64,000 nucleotides of DNA from an uncultured Planctomycetota bacterium (GCA_963752285.1 CAVVXN010000005.1:1152001-1216000), one strand, 5' to 3'. Shown: positions 8,708 through 20,358, counted from the stretch's first letter. The notes: generated by a model not told the origin, from the sequence alone. Made by a program: numbers and translations.

Positions 8708-11560
8708 TCAGGGCGTGACGACCCAGAGCGTGACGCGGCCGGCGAGACCGAGCGGGACGGCCGACACGGGGTACTGCGCCGCGATCCGGCCCGTGCCTGC
8801 GTACGGGTGCCCGGGCACGTGGATCTCGATCACCTCGACGCCCGTTCGCGTCCCGCCGAACATCTCCCGCGCCTTCGCGACCTCCGCTCCCACCGCCATC
8901 GGGAGCCAGACCGTCCGTTCCGCGGGCTTCGTCGGCATGCTCACGCGGACCCGGACGAGATCGCCGGGACGCAGCCCGCCGCCGGCGTCGGGTGCCGTGG
9001 CGAGCACCGTCCCCGCGGGGCGGTCGGACGCGCGCTCGACCTCGACGATCGGGAGCAGCCCCGCCTGGAGGATCTTCGGGATCGCCTCGCGCGCGTCCAT
9101 TCCGGCCACCATGGGCACGCTCGCCGAGCGCGGCGCGTCCCGGGGCGGCAGCGCGACGGGCGGGACCGGCGCCGACGCGCGGGCCGACGTGCCGCCGGGC
9201 CCGATCGGACCCGTCCCCACCGCGGGCGGCCGTCCCGGCTCGCCCGTCGGTCCCGGCGTGGACGTCGGGCGCGGCGGCTCGAGACGCATCGGCGCACCCG
9301 TCGCCGTGCGACGTGGTCCCGTTCCCGCCGCCACGACGATCTCCACCCAGGAACGTCCGGGGACCTCGGTGTCGCCCCCAGGGGCCTGGTCCACGACCTT
9401 CCCCTGCTCCTCCGCCGTGCCGCCGCCCTGCGTGACGTTCACGAGGAGACCCTCGATCCTCAGCGCCCGCTCGGCATCCGCGCGGTCCATCCCGACGACG
9501 GACGGCACGCGCACGGCATCGCCCGCGACCGGAGGCGTCGCGGGGCCCGGCGCGGGGGTGGTGCCCGGGCTCGTCCCGGGGCTCGTCCCGGGGCTCGTCC
9601 CAGGAGTCGTCCCAGGAGTCGTCCCGGGACTCGCCGGTGTCGGGGGAACGCTCGGCGTCGGCGTGGTGCCCGTAGGCGGAGCGGCGACCTCGACCACGAT
9701 CTCGCCGCCCCGCACGAGCGGCTCGCCCGGGGGCGGGTCCTGCGCCAGCACGGTGCCGGCGGCCGGATACGAGGTCTCACGCGTCACGATCCGCGCCGTG
9801 TAGCCGGCGGCCTCGATCGCCCGGACGGCGCGCGCGCGGTCCATCGCGACCACGTCCGGCACCGGCAGGGTCGTGGCAGGCGTCGCACCGGGCGTCGCAC
9901 CGGGCGTCGCACCGGGCGTCGGGCCGGGCGTCGGCCCGGCGGAGGCGGGCGTCTCGCCCGTGTGCGCCCGGACCGACGCGGGAACGTCGGCGATCGTCAG
10001 GAAGATGGTGTCGCCCGCGCTCTCGTGCTCGCCGCCGCGCGGGCGGTGACGCAGCACACGTCCGTCCATCGCCGGGTCGTCGCTTCGAAGCGTCATCACC
10101 TGGGGCACCATGCCCGCCCGCCGGAGCGTCTCCTCGGCCACCTCACGCGTCCATCCCGTCATGTCGGGGACCACGACGCTCCCGTCCGCCCCCTTCGCGA
10201 GCGTGACGGGTTCGGACGGACCGCCCGGCGTGGGGCTGGGCGGCGTCGCCGGCGCCGTGCCGGGCGTACCAGGCGTGCCGCCGGGGCCGGGGCCCGGGGC
10301 GACGGGCGGCGGAGAGGTCGTCCATGGCTGCGGCGGCCCCTCGCCCGGCGTCGTCCCGCCCGGCTCGGTCGTCGTGCCCGGCTCGGTCGTCGTACCCGGG
10401 GTCTCGGTCGTCGTACCCGGGGTCTCGGTCGTCCCGGGCCCGGTCGGGGCCGTGCCTGGTTCGACCGTGGGCGTGTCGTCCGGCCCCTCGGGACCCGACG
10501 GCGAGGGACCGGGCGTCGTGCCCGGCGTCGCCGCGATCTCGCCGGGACCGCCGACCGCGCGGCCCACCGCGATCGTCACGGTGCCGCCGGCGGCGAGCGA
10601 CTCGCCCGCGGCCGGTCGCTGGTCCACGACCTTGCCGTGCTCGCGCACCGCGACCGCCGACACCTCGGTCTCCGTCTCGAGGCCGACCGCGGCGAGCGCG
10701 CGCCGCGCCTCGTCTTCCGACTGTCCCACCACGTTCGGGACGGTGACCGCCTCGGGCGCGCGTCCGACGATGATCTCGACCTGTCGGCCCGCGTCGAGCG
10801 GCGTGTCGCCGGTGGGCGACTGGTTGAGCACCTTGCCCGCGCGACCGGCGTCGTCCTCGTACATCACCACGACCTGGTAGCCGAGGCCCTCGAGCGTCGC
10901 CTTCGCGTCGGCCTCGAGCTGGCCGACGACGGCCGGCACGTGCGGGATCCGCTGCTCCGCGCGCCCGACCACGATCTCGACGATCTTGTCGGCGGGCTCG
11001 TCCGACCCGCCTTCCGGGATCTGTCGGAGCACGACGCCCGACTGAGCGAGCTCCTGGGTGCTCTCCTCGGAGACACGGACCTCGTACCCCGCGTTCTCGA
11101 GCGTGCCCTCCGCCTCGGCCTGCGTGTGGCCGCGCACGTCCGGCACGCGCGCCGTGGCGGGCCGGGTGAACCACCACGCGGCGAGCCCCGCGAGGACCAC
11201 CGCGGCCGCACCCAGGAGCCACCGGCGGCCCCCGCTCGCCGCCGCGCCGCCCGCCGGCGCCTCCAGGACGACCGCGCGGTCCTCGGACTGCCCCGCCTCC
11301 GGGCCCTCGGTGCAGAGCACGGTCACGTGGGCTTCGCCCGCGCCGTCTTCGACCACGCGCATGGGGACGTGGAGGCGCTCGAGACCGACGGGGATGCGGT
11401 ACGCGCCGCCCCGCGAGCTCCCCGAGAGGTCCAGGGCCTCGATCGGCCCGGAGGTCTTGACCTCCACCCCGCGCTCGGACGAGGCGACGGGAAAGCCCAC
11501 CTCGAGCACGAAGAGCGCGTCGCGCGCGCCCATGACCTTCTCGGGCAACGTCACCCTCAT
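8708..11560 (-). CDS. Membrane-anchored multi-PASTA protein (about 8 PASTA repeats, Pro/Thr/Gly linkers), no kinase domain
   Basis: Start MRVTLPEK with SD GGGAG; TM WLLGAAAVVLAGLAAWWF; eight VPxVxG...G(K/T/R)VxxQxP repeats. Confidence 0.85.
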   Translation of the reverse strand: MRVTLPEKVMGARDALFVLEVGFPVASSERGVEVKTSGPIEALDLSGSSRGGAYRIPVGLERLHVPMRVVEDGAGEAHVTVLCTEGPEAGQSEDRAVVLEAPAGGAAASGGRRWLLGAAAVVLAGLAAWWFTRPATARVPDVRGHTQAEAEGTLENAGYEVRVSEESTQELAQSGVVLRQIPEGGSDEPADKIVEIVVGRAEQRIPHVPAVVGQLEADAKATLEGLGYQVVVMYEDDAGRAGKVLNQSPTGDTPLDAGRQVEIIVGRAPEAVTVPNVVGQSEDEARRALAAVGLETETEVSAVAVREHGKVVDQRPAAGESLAAGGTVTIAVGRAVGGPGEIAATPGTTPGPSPSGPEGPDDTPTVEPGTAPTGPGTTETPGTTTETPGTTTEPGTTTEPGGTTPGEGPPQPWTTSPPPVAPGPGPGGTPGTPGTAPATPPSPTPGGPSEPVTLAKGADGSVVVPDMTGWTREVAEETLRRAGMVPQVMTLRSDDPAMDGRVLRHRPRGGEHESAGDTIFLTIADVPASVRAHTGETPASAGPTPGPTPGATPGATPGATPATTLPVPDVVAMDRARAVRAIEAAGYTARIVTRETSYPAAGTVLAQDPPPGEPLVRGGEIVVEVAAPPTGTTPTPSVPPTPASPGTTPGTTPGTSPGTSPGTSPGTTPAPGPATPPVAGDAVRVPSVVGMDRADAERALRIEGLLVNVTQGGGTAEEQGKVVDQAPGGDTEVPGRSWVEIVVAAGTGPRRTATGAPMRLEPPRPTSTPGPTGEPGRPPAVGTGPIGPGGTSARASAPVPPVALPPRDAPRSASVPMVAGMDAREAIPKILQAGLLPIVEVERASDRPAGTVLATAPDAGGGLRPGDLVRVRVSMPTKPAERTVWLPMAVGAEVAKAREMFGGTRTGVEVIEIHVPGHPYAGTGRIAAQYPVSAVPLGLAGRVTLWVVTP
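9561..9632 (-). repeat. In-frame 12-bp tandem repeat (TPGT/SPGT linker) in the PASTA gene
   Basis: About six degenerate GTCCCGGGGCTC/GTCCCAGGAGTC units; related repeats near 9879-9920 and 10360-10440. Confidence 0.75.
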
Positions 11561-11631
11561 CGTCAGCTCCCGGCCCACGGGTACGCCGACGCCCGAGCGA
11601 CAGACACGCCCCGGACGCCCGCGTCGCGATC

Positions 11632-12462
11632 CTACCGCAGAACGGCCCCGTCCGAGGTTCCGGCGACCCCCGCGGTCTCGTCGGCGTCGCCCGCGAGCCG
11701 GCGACCCCGGCGCGGTCCGACGACGACCTCGAAGAGCGCGAGAAGCGCCATCGTCCCGATCGCGGCGCCGAACGCGCCCCCGCCCACGAGGACCGCGGCC
11801 GGCCACGGGTCGCCGAACGCGCGCGTCGCGAACCACCCGCCGACGTCCAACACCGCGCCCCCGAACGCCGAGGCGACCAGCAACGCCTTGAGCGCGCCCG
11901 GCGCGCCCGTTCCGACCACGAGCAGCGAGAGGAGGAGCGCGAGGACGGAGAACGCGAACGCGTGGTTGTGCGCGGTCACGAGCAGGTTGCTCGTCGAGAT
12001 GGCCGGCGCGGCCCGCGCCACGGCACGCACCTCCTCGTACGTCTCGAACGGGAGGTCGGCGCGCTGGCCGCCGGGGGCGTGGCACTGGAGGCACGACGCC
12101 TCCTGGTGCATCACCTGGCCGACCGCGGGCCACCCGCTCTCGGGCGCGCCCTCCTCCACCCACGACAGGATCACCTCGCGACGTTTCTGGATGCTCTCGG
12201 GATCCTGCAGCGGGTCGAGGTACACCCACATCGCGCGCGGGCTCGTCGGAGGACGGTCGGCGGAGAGCACCTCGTGGAGCGGCGAGGTCTCGGGCGTGCC
12301 GTGGTACTTGACGAGCACGTCGTGGTAGCCCGGCAGGCGGCCGCCGCCGTCCCGCACCCACAGCGTCGCCTGCGCGGCGAGGTAGAACCCGCCGAGGAGG
12401 AGGACGAAGAGCGCGATTGCGAGCCGGGCGGGGCCGGGGAGGTCGCGGAGCCGATACGCCAT
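11632..12462 (-). CDS. Integral membrane protein with a periplasmic CxxCH motif (putative monoheme cytochrome c)
   Basis: N-terminal TM, CLQCH at 12079-12093, HNH motif leading into three C-terminal TM helices. Confidence 0.7.
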   Translation of the reverse strand: MAYRLRDLPGPARLAIALFVLLLGGFYLAAQATLWVRDGGGRLPGYHDVLVKYHGTPETSPLHEVLSADRPPTSPRAMWVYLDPLQDPESIQKRREVILSWVEEGAPESGWPAVGQVMHQEASCLQCHAPGGQRADLPFETYEEVRAVARAAPAISTSNLLVTAHNHAFAFSVLALLLSLLVVGTGAPGALKALLVASAFGGAVLDVGGWFATRAFGDPWPAAVLVGGGAFGAAIGTMALLALFEVVVGPRRGRRLAGDADETAGVAGTSDGAVLR

Positions 12463-12506
12463 CGGGCGCATGGTAGCGGCCGTCGGGCCCCGCCCCGGTG
12501 CGGACG

Positions 12507-13559
12507 CTACTTCGCCTTCCGCGCGCGCGTCTTCGACCGGGCCGGCCGCGACTTCGCCCTCGCCTTCTTCGCGCCGCGTTTCGCCGGTCCCCGCTTCGCG
12601 GCCGCGCGACGCTTCGCCCCGGCGGACCGCGCGGACGCCCGGTCCCGCTTCGCCGGGGACCGCTTCGCGCCGCGGCCGCGCCCCCGGCGCTCGAGCAGCG
12701 CCGCCATGACGCGCCCCATGTCGGCCGGGCTCTCGGCCACGCGGATCCCCGCCGCGACGAGCGCGGCCTGCTTCTCGGCCGCGGTGCCCTTGCCGCCCGC
12801 GATGATCGCGCCCGCGTGCCCCATGCGCTTGCCCGAGGGCGCCGTGCGCCCGGCGACGAACGCGCCAACCGGCTTCGTCACGTGGGCCTTCACGAACGCG
12901 GCCGCGTCCTCCTCGGCCGTGCCGCCGATCTCGCCGATCATCAGGATCGCGTCGGTCTCGGGATCGGCCTCGAAGAGGGCCAGGACGTCCACGAAGCTCG
13001 TGCCGGGCACGGGGTCGCCGCCGATGCCGAGGCACGTGCTCTGGCCGAGGCCGAGGCTCGAGAGCTGCCACACGGCCTCGTACGTGAGCGTCCCGCTCCT
13101 CGAGACCACGCCCACGCCGCCGGGACGGTGGATGTAGCCCGGCATGATGCCCACCTTCGCCTTCTCGCCGGGCGAGAGGATGCCGGGGCCGTTGGGACCG
13201 ATCAGCCGCGCGCCCGCGCGGGCCACTTCGCGCTTCACGCGCACCTCGTCGAGGGCCGGGAGGCCCTCGGTGATGCACACGACGACGGCGATCCCCGCGT
13301 CCACGGCCTCGAGGACGGCGTCGGCCGCGAACGCGGCGGGCACGAAAATCATGCTCGTGTTCGCGCCCGTCTTCTCGACGGCGTCGGCCACGGTGTCGAA
13401 GACGGGAATCTTCGACACACGCGTGCCGCCGCGACCGGGCGTCACGCCCGCCACGACGTTCGTGCCGTACTCGCGGCACGCGAGCGTGTGGAAGCGCCCC
13501 GCGTCCCCGGTGATGCCTTGGACCAAGAGCCGCGTGTTCCGATCGACGAGGATGCTCAC
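12507..13559 (-). CDS. sucD: Succinyl-CoA ligase alpha subunit with basic C-terminal extension
   Basis: [46 protein letters not shown] (phospho-His); GTG start overlaps the sucC stop. Confidence 0.96.
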   Translation of the reverse strand: MSILVDRNTRLLVQGITGDAGRFHTLACREYGTNVVAGVTPGRGGTRVSKIPVFDTVADAVEKTGANTSMIFVPAAFAADAVLEAVDAGIAVVVCITEGLPALDEVRVKREVARAGARLIGPNGPGILSPGEKAKVGIMPGYIHRPGGVGVVSRSGTLTYEAVWQLSSLGLGQSTCLGIGGDPVPGTSFVDVLALFEADPETDAILMIGEIGGTAEEDAAAFVKAHVTKPVGAFVAGRTAPSGKRMGHAGAIIAGGKGTAAEKQAALVAAGIRVAESPADMGRVMAALLERRGRGRGAKRSPAKRDRASARSAGAKRRAAAKRGPAKRGAKKARAKSRPARSKTRARKAK

Positions 13560-14716
13560 GCCACCGCCTCCACGATCCGCCGCGCGGCGTCGTCCATGTC
13601 TTTCGCGGGCGTGATGTCGAGCCCGCTCTTCGCGAGGATGGCGCGACCCTTCTCGACGTTCGTGCCCTCGAGCCGGACGACGAGCGGGCGATCGAGCCCC
13701 ACCGCCTTCGTGGCGGCGACCACGCCCTCCGCGATCACGTCGCAGCGCATGATCCCGCCGAAGATGTTCACGAGGATGCCCTGGACCGACGGGTCCTCGA
13801 GGATGATGCGGAACGCGGTCGTGACCTGCTCCGCGGTCGCGCCGCCGCCCACGTCGAGGAAGTTCGCCGGTTCGCCGCCGTGGAGCTTCACGATGTCCAT
13901 GGTGGCCATCGCGAGGCCCGCGCCGTTCACGAGACACCCGATGTTGCCCTCGAGCTTCACGTACGAGAGGCCGGCGTCGCGCGCCCGAACCTCCGTCGGC
14001 TCCTCCTCGCTTCGGTCCCGCTCCGCCGCGAGCTCCTTCTGGCGGAACAGGGCGTTGTCGTCGATGCTCATCTTGCCGTCGAGGCACACGACCCTGCCGT
14101 CCTTCGTCGTGACGAGCGGGTTCACCTCGACGAGGCTCGCGTCGCTCTCGAGCCAGAGCCGCGCGAGGCGCTGGAGCGTGGTCGCCAGCGGCCGGACGAG
14201 CTCGGCGGGCACCTTGAGGCGATACGCGAGCCGCCGCGCCTTGAATCCGTCGAGGCCGCGGAGCGGGTCCACGACCTCGCGGAGGATGGCCTTCGGCCGG
14301 CGCGCCGCCACCTCCTCGATCTCGACGCCGCCCTCGGCGGACGCCATCACGACCGGAGACTCGAGGCGACGGTCGAGGACGACCGCGGCGTAGAGCTGCC
14401 GATCGAGGTCGAGGCCCTCCTCGACGAGCAGCGTGCGGACGACCGTTCCCTCCCGGCCCGTCTGCTTCGTGACGAGCGGGTGGCCGAGGAGCGTCTCCGC
14501 GACCTGCCGCGCCTCGTCGGCGGAGCGGACGAGCTTCACGCCGCCCGCCTTGCCGCGCCCGCCGGCGTGGATCTGCGCCTTCACGACGACGACCGGCGTG
14601 CCGAGGCTCGCGAACGCCTCGGCGGCCGCGGACGCCTCCTTCACGACGACGCCGCGCGGCACGGTGAGGCCCACCGCGCGGAAGCGTTCCTTCGCCTGGT
14701 ACTCGTGGAGCTTCAC
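13556..14716 (-). CDS. sucC: Succinyl-CoA ligase beta subunit
   Basis: [54 protein letters not shown]. Confidence 0.97.
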   Translation of the reverse strand: MKLHEYQAKERFRAVGLTVPRGVVVKEASAAAEAFASLGTPVVVVKAQIHAGGRGKAGGVKLVRSADEARQVAETLLGHPLVTKQTGREGTVVRTLLVEEGLDLDRQLYAAVVLDRRLESPVVMASAEGGVEIEEVAARRPKAILREVVDPLRGLDGFKARRLAYRLKVPAELVRPLATTLQRLARLWLESDASLVEVNPLVTTKDGRVVCLDGKMSIDDNALFRQKELAAERDRSEEEPTEVRARDAGLSYVKLEGNIGCLVNGAGLAMATMDIVKLHGGEPANFLDVGGGATAEQVTTAFRIILEDPSVQGILVNIFGGIMRCDVIAEGVVAATKAVGLDRPLVVRLEGTNVEKGRAILAKSGLDITPAKDMDDAARRIVEAVA

Positions 14717-14824
14717 GCGCGGCGCCTCCCTCGGGACGAGCCGGCATCCTACGCCTCGGCCCCTCGCCTCCCACTTCCGCGCGACCCGCCGTGTCGAGGG
14801 CCGTCCGTCCCCGTCGGCGCGGGC

Positions 14825-16465
14825 TCAGCGCGAGTCGGTCGGGCCGGCTTCGTCGCCGGGCGTCACGGGAGCGGGCGAGAGGTGGCTCGTCGCGCGCTTC
14901 AGGAACAGCAGCGCGAAACACGTGTCGAGGACGTCCTTGGGTTCGTGCGTGGAGCCGGTGTTCCAGAACACGACGTCCCGCTCCGGCGCGCGGCCGTCGA
15001 AGAGGTCCTTGACCTTCGCGTGTTGCTGCCGCTGCAGGATCTCGCGGGCTCCCTCGCGGTACCAGAGGTGCTTCCCGAGCAGGTTCTTCATCCGCAGGTC
15101 CTGCTCGCGCTCGATCGCGTACAGGTAGTAGACGTGATAGCCGTACTGGCTCGACGGGTTCATGAACGGCGACCAGTTCCGGTCGAGCCACGCGAGACCG
15201 TCCCACACCGCGGTCGTGACCTTGCGGTCGAGGCCGCGCTCGCTGAATTCCTTGCGCCCCTTCGGCGACTCCTCGAGCGCCCGGACCGCGATCAGGAGGT
15301 TCGTGATGCCGCACGCGGTCATCGACCCCGTGGCGACGCCCTCCGTGCCGTCCGGGCTCCCCTTGATGTACATGAAGCCCCGCGCGTGGTCCTTCTGCTG
15401 CGCGTACCCGCCGGCCGCCAAGGTGGGGTCGTACCGCTCCTGCTCGGGCCCGTCCTCCTCCTGGTGCGCCAGCGTGAAGTCCAGGATGTCGAACCACACG
15501 TCGTCCGGGATCTTCATGCCGAAGCGCCGCGCGGAGAAGAGCGCGAGCGTCGCGAGCTGCGTGCTCGAGAGGTCCTGGTTCGCGTTCGGCGGGACGTTGT
15601 TCCGACGCTGCCAGGAGCTCCGACCGGCCTTCGACGCCTCGAAGAGGTCGAGGTGCGGCACGTTGTACCGCCAGCCGAGGCGTTGCTCGTGCGGCGGGAG
15701 GTCGCCCTCCGGCTTGGGCGGGTCCTGCGCCTTCGACGGGTCCGACAGGCGCTCGATCATGCCCGCGTCGAGCGCCGTCGCGGTCTCGAGCGGTTGGCCG
15801 CGCCGCTCGAGGAGCGCGGTGACCAGCTGGTCGAGCCACACCCGGTCGTCCCGGTCCTTGATCCGGAGCTTGTGCCGGCGCTGGGCCTCGTCGGACTGCG
15901 CGCTCTTCTTGTACTGGTCGTACTTCGCCGTGAGCGCGAGGATCATCGCGGCGAGCTCGTAGGAGGACCCCGCGATCAGGTGGGTCCAGACCCGCGTCCG
16001 CCCCTGGGTCTCCTGCCCGTCCCACTCCGGCGTGATCGTGTGCACCGACGCGAGCCACGCGAAGCCGCGCTCGATGATCGGCTCCTTCGGCGAGACGCCG
16101 CATTTGAGGAGCGTGTAGAGCGCGAGCGCCGTGGGGCCCGCCGGATGGCGGTACTGCGGCCCGTCCCCGCCGCCATAGGCGCGATCCCCCTTCACGAGAC
16201 CCCAGGACGCGCCGTCCGCCACCGGCCGGGTTCCGGGAATCGAGAAGAGCGACGCGCGGTTCCGCAGCCACTCGACGCCCTGCTCGATCGCCTGGTTCAC
16301 CTGGGCCTCGAACGGGACGTTCTGGTCGCCGAGGTCCGGCCCCGCCCCGACGGGCGGGTCGTCGTCGCCGGGATCGCCGGCCACGGCGCCGGGGCCCGAG
16401 AGGCCCATCGCCACGAGGAGGAGCAACGCGAGCGGGGGAGCGAGGCGCCGGGCGAGCCTGGGCAT
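14825..16465 (-). CDS. Exported prenyltransferase/squalene-oxidase-repeat (alpha/alpha barrel) protein
   Basis: Signal peptide; [57 protein letters not shown]. Confidence 0.75.
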   Translation of the reverse strand: MPRLARRLAPPLALLLLVAMGLSGPGAVAGDPGDDDPPVGAGPDLGDQNVPFEAQVNQAIEQGVEWLRNRASLFSIPGTRPVADGASWGLVKGDRAYGGGDGPQYRHPAGPTALALYTLLKCGVSPKEPIIERGFAWLASVHTITPEWDGQETQGRTRVWTHLIAGSSYELAAMILALTAKYDQYKKSAQSDEAQRRHKLRIKDRDDRVWLDQLVTALLERRGQPLETATALDAGMIERLSDPSKAQDPPKPEGDLPPHEQRLGWRYNVPHLDLFEASKAGRSSWQRRNNVPPNANQDLSSTQLATLALFSARRFGMKIPDDVWFDILDFTLAHQEEDGPEQERYDPTLAAGGYAQQKDHARGFMYIKGSPDGTEGVATGSMTACGITNLLIAVRALEESPKGRKEFSERGLDRKVTTAVWDGLAWLDRNWSPFMNPSSQYGYHVYYLYAIEREQDLRMKNLLGKHLWYREGAREILQRQQHAKVKDLFDGRAPERDVVFWNTGSTHEPKDVLDTCFALLFLKRATSHLSPAPVTPGDEAGPTDSR

Positions 16466-16591
16466 GTCTTCTCCGGCCGGACGGACGGGGGCGTTCCCAT
16501 CGTACGCCGCGGCCGGAGCAAGCGTCGGGCCACCGCGGCGACCGGGGTCGGACCGGGGGGCGGCGCGCGACGCCTCGACCGGCTCCGCCGG

Positions 16592-17599
16592 TCAGGCGAG
16601 GGCGGCCGCCAGGCGCGGCAGGCTCACCGCGTACCGATACGAGATCGAGCGGTGCGTGTCGTCGAACTCCTCGTACACGTGCGGCACGTCGTGCGCTCGC
16701 AGGCGGTTCGAGAGGATCCGCGCGCCGTGCTGGAGGTTGTACTCGTCGCGCGTGCCGCACTCGACCCAGAGGAGCGAGAGGGACCGGAGGTCCGCCGCGT
16801 GCTCCCCGACCAGGAAGACGGGGTCGCGCCGCGCCCATCGCGCGAGGACGTCCTCGCGCCGTGCGCCCGTCGCCTCGTCGAACGGGAGGTCCACGCCTGC
16901 GGGCGCGTCTGGGTTCGGCGAGTAGAAGTGGGCCATCGCGACGACGAGGAGCGCGGGGAAGAGGTGCGCAGGGAGCTTCGGCCAGCGCCGGCGACGGACG
17001 TCGGCGAGGAAGGGCAGCAGCCCGCCCGCCGCGCGGAGCCCGTCCGCTGCGCGCGGCAGGTCGGGCCCGTAGCAGTACTCGAAGTAGCAGTCGCCGGAGT
17101 GGCTCGCGACCGCCGAGAACACGTCGGCGTGCTCGAGGCCCATCATCAGGGCGCCGTACCCGCCGCTCGACTTCCCGAACACGCCGCGGTGCCGTCGGCC
17201 CTCCAGGACGCGGAAGGTCTGCTCCGCCCACGGGACGACCTCGCGCGTCACGTGCGTGGCCCAGGGTCCCGTCGCGGCCGAGTCCACGTACTGGTTCCCG
17301 CCGAGCGCGGTCATGCCGTCCACCATCACGACGACCACCGGCGGCATCGCCCCCGACGCGATCTCGCGGTCGAGGAGCTCGGGCAGCGAGGGCTGCCACC
17401 AGTCGTACGACAGGAAGGATAGACCCGTTCCGGTGAACCCGGCGAGCGCGAAGAGCACGGGGCAGCGGCGGGGACCGCGCGGGTCGTAGCCGGGCGGGAG
17501 GTAGACGGGGACGCGACGCGTGGTCGGGTCGCCGAGGGGGTTCCCGCGGAGAACCTCGCTCTCGAGCTCGTGGACGACGACGGTCCCGCGCGACGCCAC
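16592..17599 (-). CDS. Putative esterase (alpha/beta hydrolase, enterochelin-esterase-like)
   Basis: VYLPPGYD, nucleophile elbow GKSSGG, C-terminal His (DDTH); GTG start inferred. Confidence 0.85.
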   Translation of the reverse strand: MASRGTVVVHELESEVLRGNPLGDPTTRRVPVYLPPGYDPRGPRRCPVLFALAGFTGTGLSFLSYDWWQPSLPELLDREIASGAMPPVVVVMVDGMTALGGNQYVDSAATGPWATHVTREVVPWAEQTFRVLEGRRHRGVFGKSSGGYGALMMGLEHADVFSAVASHSGDCYFEYCYGPDLPRAADGLRAAGGLLPFLADVRRRRWPKLPAHLFPALLVVAMAHFYSPNPDAPAGVDLPFDEATGARREDVLARWARRDPVFLVGEHAADLRSLSLLWVECGTRDEYNLQHGARILSNRLRAHDVPHVYEEFDDTHRSISYRYAVSLPRLAAALA

Positions 17600-17604
17600 C
17601 GCGG

Positions 17605-18255
17605 CTACCCGATCGGGAACCACGTCCACCGCCCGTTGTCGAGCCGGATCTCGCCGCCGAGGTCGAGCACGGGCTGGCGGTCGAGCACGTCGTCGTGCCG
17701 CCCGCGCGACGCGTTGCCCTGGGCGTGGACGCGCAGCCGGACGGGCGCGGTCTGGTCGCGCGTCTTCACGAGGTGGAGCGTCAGGCGCTTGCGCGCCGTC
17801 ACGGTGAGGCCCGTGCCGATGAGGATGCGCGGGCTCGACGTCACCACGACCGCGCCGCCGGGGCGGAGGCTCACGAGGTCCACGGTCGTCTCGTCCGCGC
17901 GCGTCGTGTCCTGGCGGCTCACCTCCCCCACGGTCGCGTTCACGGTGAGCACCTGCGCGAAGTACTCGCGGCTCGCGGTGACCTCCACCTCGTCGCCGAG
18001 GATCCACTGCGCGTTCCTCGCCGAGATGAACGCGTCCACGGGCGCGAGGTCGCGGTCGGACAGGAACACGCGCCCGTTGCCCGACGGGGTCGACCCGGAC
18101 ACGGAGGACGGCTGGCCGGCGGTCGAGCCGTCCGTCGTGAAGACGTGCCGGCCCTGGCACCCCGCGAGCGGGACGACGAGCGCGAGGGCCACGGAGAGGA
18201 GGCGCGGCCGCGCCGCGGCGTCGGGTCGGGCGGGCGTCGATCGGTGGGCGTGCAT
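17605..18255 (-). CDS. Hypothetical lipoprotein, beta-rich
   Basis: Lipobox VPLAG-C after a hydrophobic stretch; SD GGAGGAG upstream. Confidence 0.65.
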   Translation of the reverse strand: MHAHRSTPARPDAAARPRLLSVALALVVPLAGCQGRHVFTTDGSTAGQPSSVSGSTPSGNGRVFLSDRDLAPVDAFISARNAQWILGDEVEVTASREYFAQVLTVNATVGEVSRQDTTRADETTVDLVSLRPGGAVVVTSSPRILIGTGLTVTARKRLTLHLVKTRDQTAPVRLRVHAQGNASRGRHDDVLDRQPVLDLGGEIRLDNGRWTWFPIG

Positions 18256-18326
18256 GCGGCTCCTCCCGGGCGGGACCCGGTCCGCGGCCGCGCGGCGCGC
18301 GCGGGCCCGGGCCGGCGGGGGCGTCC

Positions 18327-18965
18327 TCACCCTTCCCTGGGATCGGTCCGGACGAGGATACGGCGGACGTGGTGCTCCACCCACCGTCCGAGCACGTCGG
18401 GCTCGACGTTCACGCGGTCCCCCGGAGCCAGACCGCCGAACCCCGTCACCCCGAGCGTGTGCGGGACCAGGTAGACCGAGAAGCGCCCCCCCCCGCCCCG
18501 GGGGGCGGCCGAGACCTCGCCGAGCGTCAGGCTCACCCCGTCCACCGCGACGCTGCCCTTCGGGATCAGGCCGCCGAAGAGGTCGGGGCCGACCTCGACC
18601 TCCAGCCGAACGTCCTCTCCGACCGTGGTCCGCGCGGCGACGACGCCCGTCCCCTCGACGTGCCCCTGGACGACGTGCCCCCCCATCTCGTCCCCGACGC
18701 GTAGCGAGCGCTCCAGGTTCGTGCGGTCGCCCGGACGTCGCAGCCCGATCGTGGAGCGACGGAGCGTCTCGGGGACGACGTCGAAGCCGAGCGTTCCGCC
18801 GTCGATCGACGCCACGGTGAGGCACACGCCGTCCACGGCGATCGAGTCGCCGAGGCGCACCGCGTCCAGGGGCGGCGCGGGGCTCAGGCGGAGCCGCCGG
18901 CCGCCGCCCGCGAGGTCCTCGGCGGCCTCGACGAGGCCCCGGTGCGTCACGATGCCGGTGAACAT
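18327..18965 (-). CDS. ribE: Riboflavin synthase (alpha chain)
   Basis: [45 protein letters not shown]. Confidence 0.95.
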   Translation of the reverse strand: MFTGIVTHRGLVEAAEDLAGGGRRLRLSPAPPLDAVRLGDSIAVDGVCLTVASIDGGTLGFDVVPETLRRSTIGLRRPGDRTNLERSLRVGDEMGGHVVQGHVEGTGVVAARTTVGEDVRLEVEVGPDLFGGLIPKGSVAVDGVSLTLGEVSAAPRGGGGRFSVYLVPHTLGVTGFGGLAPGDRVNVEPDVLGRWVEHHVRRILVRTDPREG

Positions 18966-19660
18966 CGGCTCCCTCCCTCCCCGGCGAACAGGTCGGGCCG
19001 CCGCGCGCGCGTGCGCCGCTCGGCCTCGCCCCGTCGCCACGCGGCGATCTTCGCGTGGTCTCCCGAGAGCAGCACGTCCGGGACCTCGAGGCCGCGCCAG
19101 GTCTTCGGACGCGTGTACTGCGGGTGGTCGAGGAGGCCGTCCGCGAACGAGTCCTCGCGCGCGCTCGCGTCGTCGCCCAGCACGCCGGGCACGAGACGCA
19201 GCGTCGCGTCGAGCACCACCATCGCGGCGGCCTCCCCCCCGCCGAGGACGTAGTCGCCGATCGAGACCTCCTCCGGACGGAGCGCCTCGAACAAGCGCTC
19301 GTCGATGCCCTCGTAGCGCCCGCAGACGAGCACGAAGCCCGCCTCGTGGCGTGCGAGCTCGTGGGCGAGGTCCTGCGTGAAGGGACGCCCCTGGGGCGAG
19401 AGGACGAGGGTCCGGACCCCGGGCGCGTGCCCCGCGCGGGCGGCCTCCGTGGCGCGGGCCACGGGCTCCGCCATCAGGACCATGCCGGGGCCGCCCCCGA
19501 ACGGGCGGTCGTCCACCTGCCGGTGGGGCCCCGCCCCGAAGGTCCTCAGGTCCAAGAGGTCGATCCGCACGAGACCCGAGCGGACCGCGCGGCCCGTGAT
19601 CGAGGTGTCCCGGAAGGCGGCCAGGAGCCCCGGGAAGAGCGTCACGACCGTGGCGTGCAT
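18947..19660 (-). CDS. trmD: tRNA (guanine37-N1)-methyltransferase
   Basis: [56 protein letters not shown]. Confidence 0.97.
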   Translation of the reverse strand: MHATVVTLFPGLLAAFRDTSITGRAVRSGLVRIDLLDLRTFGAGPHRQVDDRPFGGGPGMVLMAEPVARATEAARAGHAPGVRTLVLSPQGRPFTQDLAHELARHEAGFVLVCGRYEGIDERLFEALRPEEVSIGDYVLGGGEAAAMVVLDATLRLVPGVLGDDASAREDSFADGLLDHPQYTRPKTWRGLEVPDVLLSGDHAKIAAWRRGEAERRTRARRPDLFAGEGGSRCSPAS

Positions 19661-19801
19661 CGCCTGATCCTACGGCCGCGGTCGCGTGGGCTCCCCCCCT
19701 GTCAGGTCGGGGAATTGCATGGAGCCGCCTCGGACTCGGGTACCTTGTCCTGCTTCCCCGTGACCCCGGCGCCGATTCGCGCGATGTACCCGGAGGCCGT
19801 C

Positions 19802-20269
19802 ATGGACCGCATCCGTCTGGCCGAGACCCCGTATCTCCGCTCGGACCTCCCGGAGCTCGAGGTCGGGGACACCGTGGACGTGGCGGTGAAGATCACCGAG
19901 GGCGACCGCGAGCGCGTGCAGACCTTCACCGGGACCGTCATCCGGATCCGCGGCGCCGGCCTCGGCCGCACGTTCACCGTCCGGCGCATCGTCCAGGGCG
20001 AGGGCGTCGAGCGCGTGTTCCCCGTGCACAGCCCCGTGATCGAGTCGATCCACGTCGTGCGCAAGGGCCGCGTGCGTCGCGCGAAACTCTACTACCTCCG
20101 CGACCGCGTCGGCAAGGCGACGCGCCTGAAGGAGGTGATCGGCGGGCGGAAGCAGAAGCGCCGCCGCGCGCGCATCGAGGTCGCCGGCGAGGACGAGACC
20201 GCTTCCGGCTCCGGCGCGAACGACACCCTCCCGGCGAACGAGCCCGTCGAGCACGCCGCGAAGGAGTAG
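19802..20269 (+). CDS. rplS: 50S ribosomal protein L19 with acidic C-terminal extension
   Basis: GDTVDV...[12 protein letters not shown]...TFTVRR...GVERVFP...[19 protein letters not shown]. Confidence 0.96.
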   Translation: MDRIRLAETPYLRSDLPELEVGDTVDVAVKITEGDRERVQTFTGTVIRIRGAGLGRTFTVRRIVQGEGVERVFPVHSPVIESIHVVRKGRVRRAKLYYLRDRVGKATRLKEVIGGRKQKRRRARIEVAGEDETASGSGANDTLPANEPVEHAAKE

Positions 20270-20358
20270 GCGAGGGCCCCGGGGCGACCCGGAGCCCGGG
20301 TCCTTCCTCCCGCGCCGGCGCGCCCGAAGGGGCGGCGCCCGGACGGGGGGAGGACACG

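Noticed and set aside
12507..17399. 1630-aa ORF suggesting a SucD fusion
   Set aside because: Only the last 350 aa are SucD. The upstream part is an alternative frame over sucC and other genes.
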